From: a virus
Lineage: Duplodnaviria; Caudoviricetes
Length of the DNA stretch: 31,877 nt
Strand: one strand, 5' to 3'
Virus record (IMG/VR): IMGVR_UViG_3300043781_000042
Span: 1 to 31,877 of that record
Shown: in pieces, positions 16,999-27,091 of the stretch
Numbering within the stretch: position 1 is the stretch's first letter
Layout of the letters: the number at the start of each line of letters is the position of its first letter
The notes under the pieces: model-generated
What the model saw: the letters and a program-made list of their open reading frames with translations, nothing else
Database searches by the model: none
What the model was told of the DNA's origin: nothing
Program-made: the position numbers and the translations under genes

Positions 16999-18956
16999 TA
17001 AATTTTTCCTCCAATTCGGGATTTAATAAAGACCGTTAGCATCAACTGTATTTCAAATCGCACTAAGTCATTAGGCTTAATTTTTAAATTGTGTTCCCCA
17101 CGAACAACTTTTCCGCTACTGTCTTTTTTAAGATATTTAGCAATATCAAAACGTTTGATATTAACATCGTGAACAGAAATGAGATTGTCATCAATCCAAA
17201 CATCAAGTCTTGTTGGTAAATGTTGATATTTGAAAATACCATAGATAATTTGATGCGTATGGCCAGGAATAGTAATTGACACACTGTGGGTATGTGCAGA
17301 AATCGTGACACTAAAACGATGTGTATGTGCCGGAATATTGATCGAAACACTGTGGGTATGACTGGAAACAGTGTGTGAATGAGAACCACTCTCTGAAGCA
17401 GTGTAAAAATCATTACTGGTTTTTCCAAGCACGACAAAACCCACTCGGGCTCCACTTGAAGGTTCTGTACTGTAAAAATTAGTATATCCAACTGGACCTG
17501 CGGAAGGATTTCCACCGTTGTAAGCCACTAAATGTTTATGATTTCCTCCAGAACTAGAGGTCTGACCACCGCCACTGGAACTCGTCGCACCTTGAGTGCT
17601 TCCTCCGCCTGCTTCAGAAGTGCTTCCAACAGTCGTGCCCCCTCCAGAGCTTGAAGTGTTTGAACTGACCACAGAATCAGTACTTTTATTTCCTTTTGAT
17701 GTAGCACGGAAATTAGTTGGTTTAATCCACAAGAAGGCGCTATTTACATTCACACAATCTTCTGGAATTTCAAAATTAAAATCAACTGGTTCATTATCAT
17801 CAGCCTCACGATCAAAAATATAAGGAATAATATTCTGGGCACCGTTAGCTGTCACTTTTGATATTTCCTGTTGTCTTTCTTCGTCGTAAGCAAAAGCGTT
17901 AATGCCCTCGTTAGTGATTTTCAATGTCATATCACCAGGTTTTCCTGTCACATCACTTTTAGACCGCTCCAAAACGCGCAAATTAATTTTTCCGTATTTT
18001 TTAGTTTCTACTTCAACCAAACTATCCAATTTCAAGTCGTTGGCATTGATTTCTCGATTTTTGTTGATTGCCAAATTTTCTGGATGTCGCAAGACTTTAG
18101 TTAGATCAACGGCAGACACATTCCAAGAAACTTCTGGTTCTTTCCAAGCATTCAAACGGCTTTTAGCAGCTTCAAATAAATTTTCATCAACAGTAAAACG
18201 GTCATCTTTCCAAATAGTTTGTGCTGGAAAATATTCGTTCATAGATTCTTGATCCATGAGATATTTTTTCCCGCCATTCAACTTGGCAATATCAACCGCA
18301 TTAATACCTTCAGCGTTTCCTTTAGGCAAAATCCAGTTAACAAGATTCTTTCCTTCTTGCTCCACGGTAAAACCCGTCATATTGTAACCCTGTTTAACTC
18401 TGGCACTAACTTTAGATGTTGGTTTCCGAAAATGCAAAACAAACGGAAATTTAGTTGTATCTCGTTCGATTACATATTGTTCTGCCGTATCGTCTAAAAC
18501 AGACATTAACGGACTCAGCAGACCGTTTTCGTTTTCCCATTGGTAGCTAAACCCACGGGAAAACTCAACGTCACCAAGCTTCCAATACGGCAAGTATTGG
18601 CAGTCCATGACCGCTTGAAGTGCTTCTCTCGTCGTTGGATTGGTTAATTGTAAGAACTCAATCACGCTTAAATTGAGTAAAAAAAGAGCGTCCATCAAGT
18701 CATATTTAATGACCGGGACACTCGATCCATACGATTCCGCACTTTTTACAACCATAAACAGCTCTACTCGTTTTTCCCCGTCATAGATTTCGACAAAAGA
18801 AAACTGCTTTATTTTCTTTGTTAGATTGTCATCCGCTGGTAGTGTAAAGCCGCCAATAAATAGATTGTTGGAACGTTCCGAGTAGCTAATGTTATATGCT
18901 TTTTTGATGCCACGTTTAGCACCAGTTACTGGATTAGTTAAATAAACACTGTTCAA
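16998..18956 (-). CDS. Tail tip / Tal-like minor structural protein with Gly/Ser and HxH repeats
   Basis: Follows Dit. Prophage-tail hub-like N-terminus and C-terminal HTH/HSH repeats. Confidence 0.8.
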   Translation of the reverse strand: MNSVYLTNPVTGAKRGIKKAYNISYSERSNNLFIGGFTLPADDNLTKKIKQFSFVEIYDGEKRVELFMVVKSAESYGSSVPVIKYDLMDALFLLNLSVIEFLQLTNPTTREALQAVMDCQYLPYWKLGDVEFSRGFSYQWENENGLLSPLMSVLDDTAEQYVIERDTTKFPFVLHFRKPTSKVSARVKQGYNMTGFTVEQEGKNLVNWILPKGNAEGINAVDIAKLNGGKKYLMDQESMNEYFPAQTIWKDDRFTVDENLFEAAKSRLNAWKEPEVSWNVSAVDLTKVLRHPENLAINKNREINANDLKLDSLVEVETKKYGKINLRVLERSKSDVTGKPGDMTLKITNEGINAFAYDEERQQEISKVTANGAQNIIPYIFDREADDNEPVDFNFEIPEDCVNVNSAFLWIKPTNFRATSKGNKSTDSVVSSNTSSSGGGTTVGSTSEAGGGSTQGATSSSGGGQTSSSGGNHKHLVAYNGGNPSAGPVGYTNFYSTEPSSGARVGFVVLGKTSNDFYTASESGSHSHTVSSHTHSVSINIPAHTHRFSVTISAHTHSVSITIPGHTHQIIYGIFKYQHLPTRLDVWIDDNLISVHDVNIKRFDIAKYLKKDSSGKVVRGEHNLKIKPNDLVRFEIQLMLTVFIKSRIGGKI

Positions 18957-18968
18957 ATTCTCACCGCC

Positions 18969-19778
18969 TTACATATAAATATCTCGATAATGTACCGTCA
19001 ACTCAAAATTCATATTTCTACCTGTAATCTGCACTGGTAACCCCGGGACAAAATAAAAATTGCCTAATCCAAAGCTGGATTCAACGCCATTGACATACAT
19101 CACGTCGTTTTCTGTGTCGATTTCCAGTTGTTGATTGGTAAAACTACCCACATTTAACACGTAGGCCCCACAAGTAATTTTGACATCTGTCCCAGTGCCA
19201 TTAATCTCAAAATAAGGCTGCAGTGCTAAGCTCTCTAAAAAAGGATTCAACGTTGTATTTCCTGTGATTGTCCGATGATCTGCACCAGTTCCAGTATTGC
19301 CTAAAAGATAATCTGCGGTAAAATCAATCACTTCACTGCCCCATCTAATGTCATCCGCTTCAGCAATAGAATATTTATTGTCGTCGTGTTGAACAAACGG
19401 AATGGAAAATTCCCTAACGACTGTTTTCCGACTCAAAGAAAAATTCGAAGCGATTTTTAACCAAACATATTTATTTGGTTCGTAATCAAAAATAGTTTTT
19501 ATGGATCTTGGTTGTTTATATTCATCAAAGAAGAATTTATTAATGGAATTTAACATTGCTGTCGTTTCAAGTTCGGACTTCAGTAAGCCGTTAAGTGGAA
19601 CTGTAATTCCGTTTTTTTCTTTGATTTCTGTCCCGTAATCCAACACCCCAGACAAACCAGGAATGTGTAGCGTGGAATAATCAAAGTCGGCCTGACTTGG
19701 ATTGACGTGATCCATGACCACAATTAATCCAAAGTCTTCCCAACGTTTGGTTTCAACTCCATTATCCATTGTCATCAT
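18969..19778 (-). CDS. Distal tail protein (Dit)
   Basis: Position after TMP. HIPGLSGVLDYG and IFDYEPNKYVW Dit-like motifs. Confidence 0.8.
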   Translation of the reverse strand: MMTMDNGVETKRWEDFGLIVVMDHVNPSQADFDYSTLHIPGLSGVLDYGTEIKEKNGITVPLNGLLKSELETTAMLNSINKFFFDEYKQPRSIKTIFDYEPNKYVWLKIASNFSLSRKTVVREFSIPFVQHDDNKYSIAEADDIRWGSEVIDFTADYLLGNTGTGADHRTITGNTTLNPFLESLALQPYFEINGTGTDVKITCGAYVLNVGSFTNQQLEIDTENDVMYVNGVESSFGLGNFYFVPGLPVQITGRNMNFELTVHYRDIYM

Positions 19779-19783
19779 GGTTA

Positions 19784-21407
19784 TCACCTCTTCCATGGAT
19801 AACGATTAGAATTCTGTGATTCTTCGTAATCCTTAATACCTTTAGCAATCTTTTGAATATCTGATTCTTCTCTTACTTGAAAAATAGCTCCTTCAAGCAT
19901 GCCTTGATTATTTATCGTGACATTACCAGAAGAACCTTGTAAATTGTTACGGCTTAAGTTTGTGCTTTGTGTTCTTAAAGCCGTTGAAACCATGCCAAAC
20001 TGAGGATTTCCCACATCGGTAGAAAGGACGCTAGTACCAAATGATTTTTGCATCTCTCCAGCCATTCCTGAAATTGTACTTTTGACAGTTTTAAATCTAT
20101 CTACTAATCCAGAATTTAATCCGCCCATAATCGCATCACCAGCTGGTATCAATAATTTTTTATCATAAGAAAGTGGCCCTTTATGGTCTTTTATCCACGA
20201 GCCAATCCCCCCAACGAATTTCTTCCCGGCTTCCCAAGCGCCTTTAAGACCTCCGACAAAACCATCGATGATTGCTCTACCGGCTCCTGCTAGATCTATT
20301 CCTGTAGCGTTTTTGATTATGTCATTACCCATGTTTAATATGGCAGATATAACTTTACCAACCATTGAGGCAATACCGTTCAAAAGGCTCGTGATTATTT
20401 TTACACCAGCTGTTAAAATCTGAGGTAAGTTATTAATCAGTCCGGACACCATACTGCCAAGCAACTGAGCTCCAGCAGAAAGTAAATCAGGAAGTTTAGA
20501 CAACAACATTGTGATGAAACTTGTCATCAATGAAAATGCTGTGCTGATTAAATCAGGCAATCTTTGCATGATACCCATAATCAAAGACCCTAAAATCTCC
20601 ATTCCCTTAGCTAAGAAAGTTGGCCTATTCTGGATAAGAATGTTAATGAAACTACTTACTGCTTGAATTGCAGCGTTACCGATAGCTGGCAAATTTGCGA
20701 CAATACCGTCAACTAAATTTAAAAGCAAATTTTTCCCAGATTCTAAAATGAGTGGTAAATTCGTCACCAAAAACGAGATAAAACCTGTCACAATATTAGC
20801 TGCTGTTGTTATTAAAGTTGGAATAGCTTGTAAAATACCAGTGCCAATACTAGTTAAAATTTGTACACCAGTTGCTAAAAAAGTGGGCAAATTTGTTGTA
20901 ATCCACGTCATAATACCAGTTAAAACACCTTGAAAAGACGTTAAAAATGTTGGTATTCCAGTAGTGATACCTGTTGCCAATTGCGTTAGCATAGATTGTC
21001 CTGCGGTTAAAAATTGTGGCGCTGCAGTTTGAATAAACGTGACGATTGCTCCAGGCAACGCTGATAAAATATTGCCAATCATCGGCAGGAAATTATCGAA
21101 TAAAAAAGTTGAGGTAGTTTCTGCTAATGCTTTTAGCTCTGGCTTGATATCCTCGCCGAGTGCTAATTTGCCAAGAACATTAGAAAAAGCCGCCTTCATT
21201 GAAGCGAAAGAGCCGCTAAAGGTTTCAGCCGATTCTTTTGCAGTTGTTCCTGTAATGCCAAGTTCTTCCTGTACCGCATGGATCGCGCTATAAACATCAC
21301 TCAGATTATTAATATCATATTTGACACCAGTTAATTTTGTGGCATCAGTTAAAAGACGAGACATCTCTTCCTTAGTCCCGCCATAGCCTAGCTTTAAGTT
21401 ATCTAAC
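19784..21407 (-). CDS. Tape measure protein, exon 2 (spliced product 712 aa)
   Basis: Continues ..(M)[19 protein letters not shown].., followed by amphipathic repeats. Confidence 0.92.
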
Positions 21408-21470
21408 CATTTATACCCCCGCTTTCACGGTATTTAAAAAGACTTACGATTTCTCGTAAACCTTAAGGGA

Positions 21471-21998
21471 TTAGACTATATCTTCAACTTTAACTTTTTC
21501 GAACATCCAGCCCTTTTTATCATGAGCCTTCGGGTTAGTTCGCTTTTTAGGAGAATGTCTTTGATATCGCTTGTTATAAACAACTTCGCTGTCAGAACAT
21601 CCGAAATAGTCTGCACAAGCCCTTCTTGATTCAAAAATTATTTCTCTGCCATCGAGATGTGTAGCCCTAACTTTTCTTTGCTTATTGATGCTCCTTTGCT
21701 CATGACCAAAAGCCAATCTATTTTCTGACGGTGTGACCCATCTCAAATTAGAAACATCATTGTTAGAACGATTCCCATCTATATGGTCTACCCATAGTTG
21801 TTCTTCATTTTCAGGTTCATCAAGAAAAGCTTTAGCTACAAGTCTATGGACATGCTTAGCAACAACGATTCTAACGTATCCGTTATTCTTGCCCAACACC
21901 ATAATCTGACCTGTATCATTTTTCATGACTCTTCCTTTATTGCTTATAGAATAACCTGGTAAATCATCAATGTCTTTCCACATCTCCATAGCTTTCAT
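21471..21998 (-). CDS. Intron-encoded HNH homing endonuclease (NUMOD4-HNH type)
   Basis: EMWKDI..YSISNKGRV (NUMOD4) and VHRLVA..VDHIDGNRSNNDVSNLRW (HNH). AAAGGAG RBS. Confidence 0.93.
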   Translation of the reverse strand: MKAMEMWKDIDDLPGYSISNKGRVMKNDTGQIMVLGKNNGYVRIVVAKHVHRLVAKAFLDEPENEEQLWVDHIDGNRSNNDVSNLRWVTPSENRLAFGHEQRSINKQRKVRATHLDGREIIFESRRACADYFGCSDSEVVYNKRYQRHSPKKRTNPKAHDKKGWMFEKVKVEDIV

Positions 21999-22088
21999 TC
22001 TCCTTTAAAGTTGGTGTGCACTTCCCATATCGTACTAATAGATACAGTACTGAGTAACAAACTCATAGTCGTTTGACTTTCTTTATAT

Positions 22089-22117
22089 ATTATACCAAAT
22101 TATCATCTATCAGTCAA
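22089..22117 (-). promoter_or_regulatory. Intron-internal promoter TTGACT-17-TATAAT with extended -10 TG
   Basis: Plus strand agtcaa 22112-22117 and attata 22089-22094, about 90 nt upstream of the HNH start. Confidence 0.75.
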
Positions 22118-22306
22118 TAATAATTTGGTTTATACGTATAAAGCTTAGCACAGGATAATCATGACGAAAAGCTATAATCGTTTTAGACTTCCCCTGTTAG
22201 CAAAGCCATCTCAATAGCCATTTCCTGCTATATTTTGGCTTCACACCCCTAGTAGGGTTCACACACTTTCATCTGCATAGTCACCTATGCAGCGGACATT
22301 AATTCT

Positions 22307-22821
22307 ATCGTGTAGTTTTGCTTAGCAAAACCGGAATAAGCATCTTGAATACTTTCCATTGAAGTACCCATCTTGTTCGAGTTATCCGCCATGTCAACCA
22401 TTGCCATGTTCGCTTTATCGGCAGCCTTAGCAGTATCGCCACCAAGCGATTGCAACAAACTAGCACTAAAGCTTGTTACGTTTTGCATATAGTCATTGGC
22501 AGATAAACCCGACGTTTTATAAGCTTCATCGGCATATTTTTTGACTTTATCGGCCGAACCCTTAAATAGGGTCTCGATACCGCCCAGCGATTGTTGTAGA
22601 TTGGCACCTTCAGAAATGGAAGAAGAAATAATCTTTCCCATGGCAACTCCTGCAGTAGCCGCTGCTGCTAAAAGACCGACTTTTAAAGCAGAGCCTAATT
22701 TACTACCTGCGGAAGTACCAGCAGAAGTCGCTTCAGGATCGATTTGTTTAGAAATAGCTCCACTAATACCTTTAGCTGAAGGCATAATTTGTACATAAGC
22801 TTGACCTAATTCTGTTGCCAT
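22307..22821 (-). CDS. Tape measure protein, exon 1
   Basis: MATELGQAYVQIMPSAKG N-terminus. Homology breaks after GFAKQNYT. Confidence 0.92.
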
Positions 22822-23187
22822 TTAACCGCCTCCAATCAATTCTTGACGTTTACGTTCAAATTCCTCACCAGAATTAAATACAACTGTATCATCTGATTTT
22901 TTCGCACCACCAGTTAAAAGTTCTAACAGAGGCGCTGGACGATTTTTATTCTTTTGACCATCTTTAGAATTCATCCACAATAAAAGGCCTACTTTGTCAC
23001 TGATACCAGCTAAAAGCAGATTTTCTAAGGAAATATTTTGGTCGTTCATAATCATTTTTATTCTGGAATTATCTTTCAGACCATAAGAAAAAACAGCTAC
23101 CTTGCTTAAAGGTAACTGTTTGTAGTCGTATATTTGATATGTTTCAGCAAGGTCACAAATTAATGCATCCTCATCAGTTTTTATCAT
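22822..23187 (-). CDS. Tail assembly chaperone, frameshift extension (gpGT-like; DUF5361-like)
   Basis: DEDALICDLAETYQIYDY. Lacks a clear RBS and is in the -1 frame relative to the upstream gene. Confidence 0.8.
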   Translation of the reverse strand: MIKTDEDALICDLAETYQIYDYKQLPLSKVAVFSYGLKDNSRIKMIMNDQNISLENLLLAGISDKVGLLLWMNSKDGQKNKNRPAPLLELLTGGAKKSDDTVVFNSGEEFERKRQELIGGG

Positions 23188-23201
23188 TCTGGCAAGGAAT
23201 G

Positions 23202-23468
23202 TTATTTTTTTACCGCTTGAGATTGGAAAATTTCGGTGATTTCTTCGGTCATTTTTTCAACTGGAACAAGGCCTTCTTCATCCCGTAAATGGTCTTTTAG
23301 TTGATTGGTTTGTTCTTTTCCTAAAAGCATAATCATCATTTTAGAAATGACCATTGGATTATCTTCTAATTCTCCAATAACTTCTAAAAGTTCATAGTTA
23401 TTTAGACGTTTTTCATCAATTTCATAGGCAAAACCTGATTGTGTTTTTCCTTTTAATTTTTTAGACAT
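23202..23468 (-). CDS. Tail assembly chaperone (gpG-like)
   Basis: Lies between the major tail and TMP genes and ends in a slippery A-tract. Confidence 0.82.
   Translation of the reverse strand: MSKKLKGKTQSGFAYEIDEKRLNNYELLEVIGELEDNPMVISKMMIMLLGKEQTNQLKDHLRDEEGLVPVEKMTEEITEIFQSQAVKK
23205..23211 (-). other. -1 programmed frameshift site A AAA AAA
   Basis: GTA AAA AAA TAA. The -1 frame reads K-I-T-F-L-A-R-M-I-K into the next ORF. Confidence 0.75.
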
Positions 23469-24031
23469 TAACCTTCAGCTCCTGGTTTTTGAATGTATTC
23501 GTAGTGAGTGTTTCCAGCAGTATCTGGCATAGCTGCGATGGTTGTTTCGTATCCAATTGCATCCGCATCAGTATAACTAATTTCGCCAATCTCTGAAACT
23601 TTACCATTAGGGATAACGATTCGTTTTAAAACGCCTGCTTTAAGGACCACATCCACAACGAGGACGTGTTCTTCTAATTCTTTTGAGTTTGCTTTGATTA
23701 CAATACCCGTTTCTAAAGTTCCAGTAACGTTATCGGTACCATAAATTTCTCCTAATACATCTACGTTAGTCGCTTCAATCAATGTGTATGTGAATGTATC
23801 TTCTTTTTCTGTTTGAACAGAAGCAACGATATCGCCACCCCATGCCTTGATTGTTTCAGATGAAGGCGTGTTTTCGTTCGTCAATCCATCTTCTGAAATG
23901 TAACCTAAACTTTTGAACGTTGCTGCTAAGTCTGTAATTGCATCTGTAGGTAATACCGTGTCTAAAGGAGCTGAATAAATTGCCCCTCCTACTTTTGGTT
24001 TAGCTGTTGAAACATTTGCTGTTTGTGCCAT
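23468..24031 (-). CDS. Major tail protein
   Basis: [29 protein letters not shown] motifs. Confidence 0.92.
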   Translation of the reverse strand: MAQTANVSTAKPKVGGAIYSAPLDTVLPTDAITDLAATFKSLGYISEDGLTNENTPSSETIKAWGGDIVASVQTEKEDTFTYTLIEATNVDVLGEIYGTDNVTGTLETGIVIKANSKELEEHVLVVDVVLKAGVLKRIVIPNGKVSEIGEISYTDADAIGYETTIAAMPDTAGNTHYEYIQKPGAEG

Positions 24032-24042
24032 TCGTATTCCTC

Positions 24043-24378
24043 CTAATAATGATTAATATCAAATACCGCTTGGTATCTGTATTCCTTTGTTGTCGTGTCC
24101 GTAAAGTTATAGTCGCTGTTTAGTCTAATCCCACTAATTTCATTCAATGAGATTAAATTCTCAACGACTTCTTTTAGTTCTTCATTTAATTTTGCTGCTT
24201 CATACATCGTTTTAGCGTAACTTTGAAATGCAAATGTTGCCGAAGGTAAATAATTGCTTTTCGAGCTGCTTGTTTTTTCAAACAAAACATACTTATCCGG
24301 CATTTCCTCTGTTCGTTCTAAAAAAGACGGCACAGATAAATGACCATCGAGAAATTGTTTAATGATTATCTCTATCAT
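24043..24378 (-). CDS. Tail terminator / completion protein
   Basis: Position in the operon. FAFQSYA and YRYQAVFDI motifs. Confidence 0.8.
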   Translation of the reverse strand: MIEIIIKQFLDGHLSVPSFLERTEEMPDKYVLFEKTSSSKSNYLPSATFAFQSYAKTMYEAAKLNEELKEVVENLISLNEISGIRLNSDYNFTDTTTKEYRYQAVFDINHY

Positions 24379-24615
24379 TTACCGCACCGCCTTCAAAAGC
24401 GTATTATTTTTCATGTTGTCTCTTTTTGCTTTGTACGTGTCTGCATAAATCATCGCATTCGCACGCGTTTTTCCGACATAAACATCTTGTTTATATCCTT
24501 CGCCAGCTCTATTTTTGATCGCTGTGGCTTTTTCTTCCAAAATGCCTTGCATTTCAGATGATTTGAGCAGCTGGCCGACACCGGAATAATTGAGTTTGAA
24601 TTTAGTTTTAGCCAT
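24379..24615 (-). CDS. Neck / tail completion protein (HK97 gp10-like position)
   Basis: FKLNYSGVGQLLKS..NNTLLKAV. Confidence 0.75.
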   Translation of the reverse strand: MAKTKFKLNYSGVGQLLKSSEMQGILEEKATAIKNRAGEGYKQDVYVGKTRANAMIYADTYKAKRDNMKNNTLLKAVR

Positions 24616-24946
24616 AGCGTTCCACCATCACTTTCTTATTCCAGTCAAGCGGAATCAGATCTTCGATCCCTTCAAGCGGCGTCCCAAAGGTTCGCCAGCG
24701 TTGGTCGAAGAACAGAACTTCTTTGTCTTCCCAATCGTGGGAATCGGTCTTGGGGATCGCCAAAGTGTACACTGCTTTTCCGCCGGCCAGATCCAATTGA
24801 TTGACCACATCGTCAGAAGACATCGGACTGATCAGCACATTATCCACTTGAACTTCCACATCTTCATAGACTGGCTTGCCAAATGGATCCTTGCCGATTT
24901 CTTTTTTATCGATCAAAGTCACCGTAATCCCTTTAAGTTTAGCCAT
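24608..24946 (-). CDS. Head closure protein
   Basis: GKDPFGKPVY..VDNVL..WNKKVMVERY. Confidence 0.78.
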   Translation of the reverse strand: MAKLKGITVTLIDKKEIGKDPFGKPVYEDVEVQVDNVLISPMSSDDVVNQLDLAGGKAVYTLAIPKTDSHDWEDKEVLFFDQRWRTFGTPLEGIEDLIPLDWNKKVMVERYG

Positions 24947-25328
24947 AGAAATCGATCACCCCATATCTTTGGCGGCGCAGGCCTAGGCGGTTCAATTCGC
25001 TGCTTTTGATAAACAGACCGCCTCCAGGAACTAAATAGGATCCCGACCAAGAATAGCCTAAAGCGCTCTCTGCCGTCTGCGTCATTGGCTCTTGATCAGT
25101 AGAAGTCATTAGTGTACGGCTGACTACATCGACCGTCACAGACTTAAGAACCGTTGCATAGGAACGGCTCGCCTTCGCCAGCTCGTCAAGGTCTTTGCCG
25201 ACTTTCGCCGCCTCTTCACGCAAAGAATCCGAGACGACGGCAAGCAGTGCCTCGGCTCGGTCCTTTTCCTCCGGCCGGACAGCTCTCCACAACCGAGTGA
25301 GGTCTTCGAGCGTTGCAAAATCCGCCAT
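24939..25328 (-). CDS. Head-tail adaptor (Gp19/Gp15/Gp42-like)
   Basis: FATLEDL..ESALGYSWSGSY..ELNRLGL. Confidence 0.85.
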   Translation of the reverse strand: MADFATLEDLTRLWRAVRPEEKDRAEALLAVVSDSLREEAAKVGKDLDELAKASRSYATVLKSVTVDVVSRTLMTSTDQEPMTQTAESALGYSWSGSYLVPGGGLFIKSSELNRLGLRRQRYGVIDFYG

Positions 25329-25332
25329 CAGA

Positions 25333-25617
25333 TCACTTCCCTTGCTTCATCAGATCATACAGTTCCTGTTTCTTGGCATTGGCATTGTACTTGATCCCAA
25401 AGGCATCCAGTTCCTGCATAATCTCTTTTTTCGTTACACCTTCCATCTCAGAAAATCCCTCTTCCGAATTAGTAATTGGTTCATCTACTTTGTTAACGTC
25501 TTGAATTGAATCCTCAACAATATCGTTTTGCTCCACAGGTTCTTTTATCCAATCTCCACCAACAATATTAAAGGGACTATCAATAACAGCCCCCGTTTTC
25601 TTGTTTTTTAATCGCAT
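25333..25617 (-). CDS. Small protein with C-terminal HeH/LEM-like domain
   Basis: TKKEIMQELDAFGIKYNANAKKQELYDLM. RBS GGGGGAG before ATG 25617. Confidence 0.75.
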   Translation of the reverse strand: MRLKNKKTGAVIDSPFNIVGGDWIKEPVEQNDIVEDSIQDVNKVDEPITNSEEGFSEMEGVTKKEIMQELDAFGIKYNANAKKQELYDLMKQGK

Positions 25618-25618
25618 A

Positions 25619-26530
25619 TTATTCTCCCCCGCTTGCTTTGGCTCCTTCTGTAATACGAGCAAAGTTCTCAGGAAGCATAATTCCCCACCCCAAATAAACT
25701 TCAGCACGTAAATATACTTGGTTATACCCTTTCAAATCCAATCCGGAATTATCAGGATCACCATAAGGAATTACTTCTAACGGAATTTCTTTTGTGTATC
25801 CCCATTTAAAGGATTCGGAAAAATCTCCGACAATCACACGATCATTTTGCAAACTCATATCTGATACGGTTTTATTTACATCAACGGCAAGCCCTTTAAT
25901 TACCCCCGGCGCTTGCCCCCACGCTAACTCAGGGAACATTGGGTTTCCTTGTTTATCGAGTTGCTTTGCCAAAGCAGAACGAAATGCGGGATTAATTGCC
26001 ATTCCAGTAATATCACCATCAGCCCCCTGAACCGTAGCAATAGCAGCCTCAATGGCTGCATTTGGATCTGTCATCTCCTGGGGAATTTCCACTTTCTGGG
26101 TTACTTTAGCATCAAAATTATTGCCACCAATAACACTCGATGCTGTTCTTGTACGCGGATTCACACCATGAAATGCCATCAGGTCTAAACCTCGTGCTAC
26201 TTTCTTGGCAAATCCATCATTGAAAGCCTTTAGAATATTTACCTTTTCTTCATCTGCTGCATACATAAATTCATCTGACACCCGAGCACCATATTCCACT
26301 TTGATCGGTACAATAGTTTGAGGTTCTAGTTTAATTCCACCATGAGTTTTCTTTCCCGATTCAGCGACTACATCAATTTCATTATCCATTGTGAAAATAA
26401 ATTCTTTTTGTCCATTAAATGGAATTGGCGCTTGTTTTGCTAATCGAGCTAATGAGCTTTTTCCCTGCACTTTATCTACTAAATCTGTTACTAATCGTGG
26501 GTCAAATAGACTTCCTTTTTCTAATGTCAT
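25619..26530 (-). CDS. Major capsid protein (HK97 fold)
   Basis: GKSSLARL..PIKVEYGARVSDEF..NQVYLRAE. Follows the scaffold gene. Confidence 0.93.
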   Translation of the reverse strand: MTLEKGSLFDPRLVTDLVDKVQGKSSLARLAKQAPIPFNGQKEFIFTMDNEIDVVAESGKKTHGGIKLEPQTIVPIKVEYGARVSDEFMYAADEEKVNILKAFNDGFAKKVARGLDLMAFHGVNPRTRTASSVIGGNNFDAKVTQKVEIPQEMTDPNAAIEAAIATVQGADGDITGMAINPAFRSALAKQLDKQGNPMFPELAWGQAPGVIKGLAVDVNKTVSDMSLQNDRVIVGDFSESFKWGYTKEIPLEVIPYGDPDNSGLDLKGYNQVYLRAEVYLGWGIMLPENFARITEGAKASGGE

Positions 26531-26531
26531 A

Positions 26532-27008
26532 TTATTCTTCTCCTTCTAAGTTAAGATTTTTAATTAATGATTTATAGGCACTGTCTTCATCATTGCCTAA
26601 AGGTGGTTCTGAATTTTTCAGAGGTGGTACTGGTTCTTTGGCCTTCACAAAGCCAGCTAGACGTTCAGCATCGGCTTTCAGACTTTCCTCATCTTCACCC
26701 ACTAGACGGTCCGCTAGATCAAACGGCAATCCATTCTGCAAAGCGATTTTCGTTCTTAAGCTGGCGGTTTCGTAGCCAGACACTTTCGCATTCAGATCAG
26801 ATACCAGTTGATCATGCTCCTTGATCGTCTTTTGAGTTTCTTCGGCTGCCGCCTGCAGTGCGCCAACCTCTGTTTCCAGTTCTGTATTCCGTGCTTTCAA
26901 TTGATCATAGTCCGCATATTGCTTCTCAAGAGACTCTTTCTGACGAGCAAGTCTGCCTTCAATGATTTTGTCTAACTCTTCTTGTGTATCGATTGTTTTA
27001 AAAGTCAT
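26532..27008 (-). CDS. Capsid scaffolding protein (DUF4355-like)
   Basis: TQEELDKIIEGRLAR, coiled coil, GLPFDLADRLVG. Confidence 0.88.
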   Translation of the reverse strand: MTFKTIDTQEELDKIIEGRLARQKESLEKQYADYDQLKARNTELETEVGALQAAAEETQKTIKEHDQLVSDLNAKVSGYETASLRTKIALQNGLPFDLADRLVGEDEESLKADAERLAGFVKAKEPVPPLKNSEPPLGNDEDSAYKSLIKNLNLEGEE

Positions 27009-27059
27009 AATAAAAATCCTTTCCCAGCTTCCCCGGCTGTCTCGGTAATTTTTTGTATT

Positions 27060-27091
27060 AAAAAAACGATTATCCTGATCGATAATCGTTT
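27060..27091 (-). terminator. Hairpin AAACGATTATC/GATAATCGTTT with T-tract after terL
   Basis: Perfect 11-bp inverted repeat. Confidence 0.6.

Larger units (their letters stand above)
21408..22306 (-). mobile_element. Group I intron (899 nt) in the tape measure gene
   Basis: 5' exon ends in U and the intron ends in G. R element TCAAACGACTA (~22066-22076) and S element AAGATATAGTC (~21475-21485). Removal restores KQNYTMLDNLKLG in frame. Confidence 0.93.

Noticed and set aside
19784-22821. Tape measure gene as a pseudogene or two separate genes
   Set aside because: Explained by a group I intron with an exact in-frame splice junction.
25618-25707. Open frame overlapping the capsid 3' end, suggesting a frameshifted capsid-HeH fusion
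   Set aside because: The downstream ORF has its own RBS and ATG, and there is no convincing slippery site. Not excluded, but unsupported.
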